Positions 41,810 to 64,000 of a stretch of DNA of 64,000 nt are shown piece after piece; the stretch's first letter is position 1; each line of letters opens with the position of its first letter. Position numbers and translations under genes: made by a program. The DNA is from an uncultured Gemmatimonadales bacterium (GTDB taxonomy: Bacteria > Gemmatimonadota > Gemmatimonadetes > Longimicrobiales > Longimicrobiaceae), in the NCBI GenBank assembly GCA_963716255.1, contig OY970303.1:7456001-7520000 (forward strand), read 5' to 3'. The notes under the pieces were generated by a model. It was not told the origin of the DNA and searched no databases. It saw nothing but the letters and a program-made list of their open reading frames with translations.

Positions 41810-43051
41810 ATGGGGAAAGGCAACGTCGTCGTGTCGTGTGGACTCCCGCTCGCCCTCGCCGCCCTCGCCGCCTGCGGCCAGGGCGGTGGCGGCGGTACCG
41901 GGCTTGCGGCGCGCGACAGCGCTGGCGTCCGGATCGTCGAGAATGGAGCGCCGCAGTGGAAGGACGGGGGAGGGTGGACGGTCGGCGCCGATCCGACGCT
42001 CGAGATCGGCATGATCGACGGACCCGCCGAATACCAGCTGAGCAGGGTGCGCGGAGCGGTCCGGCTGAGCGACGGCCGGATCGTGATCGCACACGGAGAT
42101 TCAAAGGAGCTCCGCTACTTTGACGCGAGCGGCCGGTTCCTGACCGCTGCCGGGCGAGCAGGCGGGGGGCCAGGCGAGTTCCAGAACCTGGACGTCATTC
42201 ACGGATATCGCGGGGATTCCATCGCAGCATGGGACCCGGACAGCCGCCGCATCTCCGTTTTCGGAGCCGACGGCCGGTTCGGCCGAGCGACCACGATCGA
42301 GGGCATCGACGCCGTCACCGTGTACCTCCGCGGGGTGTTCCGGGACGGATCTCTCGTGTTAGAGCCCACGAAGTCGTTCCAGTCCATGGTCCTGCTGAAG
42401 GAGGGCGAACAGCGTGACACCGTGACCTACCTCCACTATACCGCGGAGGGCTCCTTCGCCGACACCCTTGGCTCTCGCGCCGACCGGGAGTACCTGGCCA
42501 CCCGGGCCGGCAGCTTCACCTCCCAGGCATCCGTGATCTTCGGCCGCGACAGCTACCTCGCGGCTGGCGGCGACAGGGTCTATCTGGGAGAGAGCGACGC
42601 CTTCCGGATCGATGCGCTCGCGGCGGACGGATCGGCGAAGATGAGCATCCGGAGGACGGACGGGCTGCGAGCCGTGAGCAGGGAACAGCTCGCCCGGGTT
42701 CGCGCCGAGGAAGAGGAAAAGCGGCGAAAGGTCAACGAGCAGGTCGCCGCGATCACCAAGGGGCAGGTGCCCGGGCGGGAGGCGCCCGAGCTGCCGAGCC
42801 GGGAGACCGTTCCCGCCTTCGACAACCTGATCGTGGACGAAGCTGGAAACCTGTGGGTGCGAGAGTACCTTTCCACGAGCGAGGACACGCCCCGCTGGTC
42901 CGTCTTCGACAGGGATGGCCGCTGGCTGGGAACGGTCGCGACTCCCAAAGGGATGGATGTCTACCAGATCGGCTCCGATTGGATCCTGGGCAGGGTCAAG
43001 GACGAACTGGACGTGGAATATGTGCGGCTACATCCCCTGAAGAGAGGGTAA
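41810..43051 (+). CDS. Lipoprotein, 6-bladed beta-propeller-like
   Basis: GGAGGAG RBS; lipobox LAAC; motifs RDSAGVRIVEN, GRAGGGPGEFQ, VDEAGNLWV, WSVFDRDGRWLG. Confidence 0.75.
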   Translation: MGKGNVVVSCGLPLALAALAACGQGGGGGTGLAARDSAGVRIVENGAPQWKDGGGWTVGADPTLEIGMIDGPAEYQLSRVRGAVRLSDGRIVIAHGDSKELRYFDASGRFLTAAGRAGGGPGEFQNLDVIHGYRGDSIAAWDPDSRRISVFGADGRFGRATTIEGIDAVTVYLRGVFRDGSLVLEPTKSFQSMVLLKEGEQRDTVTYLHYTAEGSFADTLGSRADREYLATRAGSFTSQASVIFGRDSYLAAGGDRVYLGESDAFRIDALAADGSAKMSIRRTDGLRAVSREQLARVRAEEEEKRRKVNEQVAAITKGQVPGREAPELPSRETVPAFDNLIVDEAGNLWVREYLSTSEDTPRWSVFDRDGRWLGTVATPKGMDVYQIGSDWILGRVKDELDVEYVRLHPLKRG

Positions 43052-43235
43052 GCGCGAGCGGGCGGCCGGTTCGCCGTCCGGTCCGCCGCGCACGGGATCC
43101 GTGCTCCCGCTGCTGCGGGCGACCCGTGCGCCCGCGCCCTCGATCGAATACATTGCGACACGCCGGAGCGCTTTCCGCGCCCGGAGCCGCCCCGCCGGCC
43201 GCGCAAACGCAACCCTCCACGAACGCACGAAAAGC

Positions 43236-44009
43236 ATGCAGCTCAGCATGGATCCCGCCCGCTGGTTGATCACCCCGCGCCCCAAGCCCGACGCGAAGGT
43301 GCGCCTCTTCTGCCTCCCCTTCGCGGGCGGCGCGGCATCCGCCTACCGGTCGTGGGGCGACCTGATGGGGCCGGACGTGGAGGTCACCGCGGTGCAGCTC
43401 CCCGGGCGCGAGATGCGCCTCCGCGAGCCCGCGTACGACCGCGTGGAGCCGCTGGTCACCGCCCTCGCCGACGTGCTGGAGGCCGCGCCGGAGGCGCGGC
43501 CGTACGCCGTGTTCGGGCACAGCATGGGGGCGCTCATCGCCTTCGAGCTGGTGCGCGAGCTGCGCCGCCGCGGGCGTCCGCTCCCGGTGGCGCTGGTGGC
43601 GTCGGGGCGCAACGCGCCGCACCTGCCCCCGCGCGACCCGCTCATGCACCCGCTCCCGCACGACGAGTTCGTGGACCGGCTGCGCCGCTTCGAGGGCACC
43701 CCCGAGGCGGTGCTGGAGCACCAGGAGCTCATGGAGATGCTCGTCCCGCTCCTGCGCGCCGACTTCGCCGTCAACGAGGCGTACACCCACCGGCCCGAGA
43801 CCACGCTCGACCTGCCGCTCCTCGCCATGGGCGGCGCCGAGGACGTGGAGGCCACCCCCGACGGGATCGCCGAGTGGTCCGCCTACACCACCGGACCGTT
43901 CGAGCTCAAGATCTACCCGGGCGGGCACTTCTTCCTCAACCACCTGGCGGCCGACGTCACGCGGGCCGTGCGCGGCGCGATCCGGTCCGCCATGGGGATG
44001 CCGGTCTGA
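43236..44009 (+). CDS. Type II (editing) thioesterase
   Basis: RLFCLPFAGG, VQLPGRE, FGHSMG, LRADF, GGHFFL. Confidence 0.93.
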   Translation: MQLSMDPARWLITPRPKPDAKVRLFCLPFAGGAASAYRSWGDLMGPDVEVTAVQLPGREMRLREPAYDRVEPLVTALADVLEAAPEARPYAVFGHSMGALIAFELVRELRRRGRPLPVALVASGRNAPHLPPRDPLMHPLPHDEFVDRLRRFEGTPEAVLEHQELMEMLVPLLRADFAVNEAYTHRPETTLDLPLLAMGGAEDVEATPDGIAEWSAYTTGPFELKIYPGGHFFLNHLAADVTRAVRGAIRSAMGMPV

Positions 44010-44036
44010 GCTGCCGATACTTCGGACTGAACTGCC

Positions 44037-44173
44037 GGGTTCGGGCGTGCCCCCGGCTGGCGCCGGGGTCGGGCTTCGGCTCCGTAAGCGAGCAAACCAC
44101 GCTCGCTGACGGAGTCGAGCCCCGGCAAACAGCCGCCGGGTCTCGCCCCTTCGGGCCGTAATCCCTCACGCGG
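44037..44173 (+). repeat. Structured repeat element core, copy 3
   Basis: Nearly identical to 34718-34853 apart from compensatory changes in the apical stem. Confidence 0.9.
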
Positions 44174-44250
44174 GGATCGGCGGCCAGGCGAGTACGGAGC
44201 TATCGTGAGGACCGCTGCATGATGCCGACGACCGACTGCGGAGCTTCCCG

Positions 44251-47200
44251 GTGAGCGGGAGCGCGGGGCTTTCCGCCGAGGACCTGGAGCTGATGGCGCT
44301 CCTGCTGGAGGAAGCCGGGATCGAGGACGCCGGGCCGGACACCATCCGGCCGCGGCCGCCCGGCGTGCGCGTCCCGCTCAGCTTCTCCCAGAAGCGGCTC
44401 TGGTTCCTGGAGCAGCTGGAGCCCGAGACCCGCATCTACAACGACGTGTTCGGGCGGCGGCTGCTGGGCGCGCTGGACGTGGCCGCGCTGGACGCGGCGC
44501 TCCACGGCGTGGTGCGGCGGCACGAGGCGCTGCGCACCGTGTTCGTGGAGGAAGCGGGCGAGCCGGTGCAGGTGGTGCTGGACCGGCACCCCGTGCGGCT
44601 GGACGTGCGCGACCTGTCCGGCGTCCCGGAGGAGGAGCGCATGGCGGCCGTGCGCCGCATCGCCGACGAAGTCACCTGCGCGCCCTTCGACCTGGCGCGC
44701 GGGCCGCTGCTGCGCCCCACCCTGCTGCGCCTGGGCGAGGACGACCACGCCCTCCTCCTCCCCGTGCACCACATCGTCACCGACGGCTGGTCGCAGGGCG
44801 TCTTCTGGCGCGAGCTCCAGGCGCTGTACGACGCCGCGCGCGAGGGGCGACCCTCGCCGCTCCCGCCGCCGACGCTGCAGTTCGGCGACTTCGCCGTGTG
44901 GCAGCAGGAGCACCTGGCCGGCGGCGCGCTGGAGCGGCAGCTCTCCTACTGGAAGGACCGGCTCCGCGGCGCACCGGTCCTCCTCGCCCTCCCCACCGAC
45001 CGCCCTCGCCCCGCCGAGCAGAGCTACCGCGGTGCCGCCTACGACTTCGCCGTCCCCGAAGACGCTTCCGCGCGCCTGGGCTTGCTCGCGCACTCCGCGG
45101 GCGCCACGCTCTTCATGGCCGCGCTCGCGGCCATGAGCGCGCTCCTCGGCCGCTACACCGGCGAGGACGACGTGGTCGTCGGCTCGCCCATCGCCAGCCG
45201 CACCCGGCCGGAGCTGGAGGACGTCGTCGGGCTCTTCGCCAACACGCTCGCCGTGCGCGTGGACCTGTCGGGCGACCCCACCTTCCGCGAGCTGCTGCTG
45301 CGCGTGCGCGACGCCGTCTTCGAGGACTTCGCCCACCAGGACCTCCCCTTCGAGAAGATCGTGGAGGAGCTGCGGGTCGAGCGCAGCCTCAGCTACAACC
45401 CCGTCTACCAGGTGCTCCTGGTCCATCAGAACGCGCCGCGCACGCAGGCGCGCTTCACCGGGCTGGCGATGCACCCGCTGGAGCTGGACCACCGCAAGTC
45501 CAAGCTGGACCTGGCGCTCACCCTGTTCGGGACGGAGCGCGGCATCCTCGGCGGGTGGGAGTACAGCACCGAGCTGTTCGACCGCGAGACCATCGTCCGC
45601 CTCACCGACCACTTCCTCGTCCTGCTGGCCGCGGTCGCGGAGGACCCCGACCGCCGGCTCTCGGAGCTGCCGCTGGTCCGCCCCGAGGAGCGCACCCGCG
45701 TGCTGCACGCGTGGAGCGCCGGCGGCGGGGCGGAGGCGTACACGGCGCCCGTGCACACGCTCTTCCAGGCGCAGGCGGCGCGCACGCCGGACGCGGTCGC
45801 CGTGGCCTCGGGGGACGACGTGCTCACCTACCGGGAGCTCAGCCGCGCCGCCGCCCGGCTCGCGCACCACCTGCGGGCGCGCGGCGTGGGGCCGGAGTCG
45901 CGGGTGGGGGTGTGCGTGGAGCGCTCGCCGGAGATGCTGGTGGCGCTCCTGGGCGTGCTGGGGGCGGGCGCGGCGTACGTCCCCCTGGACCCGCGCTCCC
46001 CGCGCGACCGCCTGGCGCTGATCCTGGAGGACGCGGGGATCTCCGTGCTGCTGACGCAGGAACGGCTCTTCGCCGGCCTTCCCGGGAGCGCCGCGGCGGA
46101 CGCGGTGTTCCTGGACGCCGACCGGGAGGAGATCGACGCGTGGCCGGACACGCCGCCGGAGGTGGAGGTGTCCGCGGAGGGCGCGGCGTACGTCGTCTAC
46201 ACCTCGGGGTCCACCGGCCGCCCCCGGGGCGTGGTGGTGCCGCACGGGGCGCTCGCGGGGTTCGTGGCGGCGGCCCGGGAGGCGTACGGCATCGGGGCGG
46301 GGGACCGCGTGCTGCAGTTCGCCTCCATCGCCTTCGACGCCGCCGCGGAGGAGATCTGGCCGGCGCTGCTCTCCGGGGCGCGGCTGGTGCTGCGCACCGA
46401 GGAGATGCTGGACTCCGCCCGCGCCTTCCTGGACGCCTGCCGCGACCGGGGGATCACCGTGCTCGACCTGCCCACGGCGTACTGGCACGAGCTGGCCGCC
46501 GGGCTCGCCGACGGGGACGGGGACGGGGCCGAGCTGCCGGCGAGCGTGCGGCTGGTGATCATCGGCGGGGAGCGGGCGCTGCCGGAGCGGCTGCGCGCCT
46601 GGCGCGAGCGCTTCGGCGGGGGGGTGCGCCTGGTGAACAGCTACGGGCCCACCGAGGCCACGGTGGTCGCAACCCTCGCCGACCTGGACGGCGGCGGGGA
46701 CTCGGGAATCGCCCCCGGGCACGTCCCCATCGGGCGGCCGCTGGGGCACGCGCGCGCCTACGTCCTGGACGCGCGCGGCGAGCCGGCGCCCGTGGGGGTG
46801 CCGGGGGAGCTGTACCTGGGCGGCGGCGGGCTGGCCCGCGGCTACCTGGGCGACCCGGCGCGCACGGCGGCGGCGTTCGTCCCGGACCCGTTCTCGGGCG
46901 GGGCCGGCGCGCGCCTGTACCGCACCGGCGACCGGGTGCGCTGGCTGGCGGACGGGACGCTGGAGTTCATCGGCCGGACCGACCACCAGGTCAAGATCCG
47001 CGGCTTCCGGGTGGAGCCCGGCGAGGTGGAGGCCGCGCTGGCGCGGCAGCCGGGGGTGGAGGACGCGGCCGTGGTGGCGCGGGACGACGGCGCCGGGCAG
47101 CCGCGGCTGGTCGCCTACGTCGTCCCCGACCGGGCCGCGCCGCCCCCGGTCGCCGCGCTGCGCGCCGCCCTGGGGGCCGCTCTGCCGCCGTACATGCTCC

Positions 47201-47640
47201 CGGCCGCCTGGGTGATGCTGGACGTGCTCCCCGTCACCCGCAACGGCAAGGTGGACCGGCGCGCCCTCCCGGCCCCGGAATCGGTCCCGGCGGAGCGCGA
47301 GCCCGGTGCGGTCGCCCCGCGGAGCGGCGTGGAGCGCGCAGTCGCCGAGGCGTGGCGGGAGGTGCTGGGGATCGAGTCGGTGGGGCTGGACGACAACTTC
47401 TTCGACCTGGGCGGCCACTCCCTCCTCCTGGCGCGGCTGCGGAGCCGGCTCCAGGGGAGGTTCCCGCGCGAGGCGTCCGTCGTGGTCCTGTTCCGCTATC
47501 CCACCGTGCGCTCCCTGGCCGAGTACCTGGGCGGGGGCGATGCCCCGGCGCCCGCGGAGGCACCCGCCGCGGAGGAGGTGGAGGCCCGCCGGGCCGCGCT
47601 GCGCCGCCGCCGCGACCTGAAGCGCGACGCCGGGGGGTAG
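44251..47640 (+). CDS. Single-module NRPS (C-A-T); A-domain pocket Lys-like
   Basis: HHIVTDG, YTSGSTG and GGHSLL motifs. The hand-read specificity code is DAEDIGSVVK. Confidence 0.92.
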   Translation: MSGSAGLSAEDLELMALLLEEAGIEDAGPDTIRPRPPGVRVPLSFSQKRLWFLEQLEPETRIYNDVFGRRLLGALDVAALDAALHGVVRRHEALRTVFVEEAGEPVQVVLDRHPVRLDVRDLSGVPEEERMAAVRRIADEVTCAPFDLARGPLLRPTLLRLGEDDHALLLPVHHIVTDGWSQGVFWRELQALYDAAREGRPSPLPPPTLQFGDFAVWQQEHLAGGALERQLSYWKDRLRGAPVLLALPTDRPRPAEQSYRGAAYDFAVPEDASARLGLLAHSAGATLFMAALAAMSALLGRYTGEDDVVVGSPIASRTRPELEDVVGLFANTLAVRVDLSGDPTFRELLLRVRDAVFEDFAHQDLPFEKIVEELRVERSLSYNPVYQVLLVHQNAPRTQARFTGLAMHPLELDHRKSKLDLALTLFGTERGILGGWEYSTELFDRETIVRLTDHFLVLLAAVAEDPDRRLSELPLVRPEERTRVLHAWSAGGGAEAYTAPVHTLFQAQAARTPDAVAVASGDDVLTYRELSRAAARLAHHLRARGVGPESRVGVCVERSPEMLVALLGVLGAGAAYVPLDPRSPRDRLALILEDAGISVLLTQERLFAGLPGSAAADAVFLDADREEIDAWPDTPPEVEVSAEGAAYVVYTSGSTGRPRGVVVPHGALAGFVAAAREAYGIGAGDRVLQFASIAFDAAAEEIWPALLSGARLVLRTEEMLDSARAFLDACRDRGITVLDLPTAYWHELAAGLADGDGDGAELPASVRLVIIGGERALPERLRAWRERFGGGVRLVNSYGPTEATVVATLADLDGGGDSGIAPGHVPIGRPLGHARAYVLDARGEPAPVGVPGELYLGGGGLARGYLGDPARTAAAFVPDPFSGGAGARLYRTGDRVRWLADGTLEFIGRTDHQVKIRGFRVEPGEVEAALARQPGVEDAAVVARDDGAGQPRLVAYVVPDRAAPPPVAALRAALGAALPPYMLPAAWVMLDVLPVTRNGKVDRRALPAPESVPAEREPGAVAPRSGVERAVAEAWREVLGIESVGLDDNFFDLGGHSLLLARLRSRLQGRFPREASVVVLFRYPTVRSLAEYLGGGDAPAPAEAPAAEEVEARRAALRRRRDLKRDAGG

Positions 47641-47654
47641 CCTTACCGGGTCCG

Positions 47655-47812
47655 GTTGGAACGGCTTCGGACCGCGGGTTCGGGCGTGCCCCCGGCTGGC
47701 GCCGGGGTCGGGCTTCGGCTCCGTAAGGCAGCAAACAACGCTGCCTAACGGAGTCGAGCCCCGGCAAACGGCCGCCGGGTCTCGCCCCTTCGGGCCGAAA
47801 TCCCTCACGCGG
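47655..47812 (+). repeat. Structured repeat element core, copy 4
   Basis: Core 47674-47812. The leader GTTGGAACGGCTT matches the reverse complement of 35929-35941. Confidence 0.9.
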
Positions 47813-48167
47813 CCGCGTGCCCGGGCCCGACGTTCCGAAGGTGCCCGAATCACACGGATCCCGTAGCACGCGGCGCCCGGGCGAGCTCCCTCGCCCCGGG
47901 CGCCGCGCGTCCGTGCGGCCGGAGCGGACGGGCCGCCTTGACGCACCGCGTGGCCCGGTCTAGAATGCGTCGTGAACTATGCGCACGACCTCCGCCCTTT
48001 GCCGGACCCTTCCCGCAACTCCGCCGCAGGCCCGGGCTTCCTTCCCCGCGTCCGGCGCGCCCGCCCGGCTCGCCATCCCGCCTGGTTCAGCCCCGCTCCA
48101 CCACAGCCGATCCTCAGTCGTGGCGCCGGGGTCCGCCCCGCGCCAGGCCCTGAACCCCGGTTGCTGA

Positions 48168-64000
<15,833 letters not shown>

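Overview
Very GC-rich bacterial DNA dominated by a large NRPS/PKS locus on the + strand. The gene styles suggest Gemmatimonadota (Longimicrobium-like), which is inference only. From left to right: (1) a probably broken gene; (2) a lower-GC islet with a HEPN-motif gene and an HNH-like gene, each followed by a degenerate attC-like site and separated by an intact IS1380-family element (perfect 17-bp TIRs, TTGAA duplication); (3) a PLP aminotransferase; (4) a secreted defensin-like six-Cys peptide plus an internally deleted paralogue; (5) a hybrid NRPS-PKS (C-A-T x3, KS-AT-KR*-ACP) and a four-module NRPS ending in TE; (6) a GNAT gene bracketed by inverted repeat elements; (7) a PAS/GAF histidine kinase; (8) an AraC / small secreted peptide / PDZ / HExxH-peptidase unit with a divergent beta-propeller lipoprotein; (9) a type II thioesterase and a stand-alone C-A-T NRPS; (10) a giant NRPS from 48168 that runs off the window. 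The most unusual signal is a modular palindromic repeat family of about 140-300 bp with compensatory stem covariation. It sits between genes and is also inserted in frame into the same loop (just before the A3 motif) of six of the 13 adenylation domains. A seventh domain carries a different short-repeat insert at that site.
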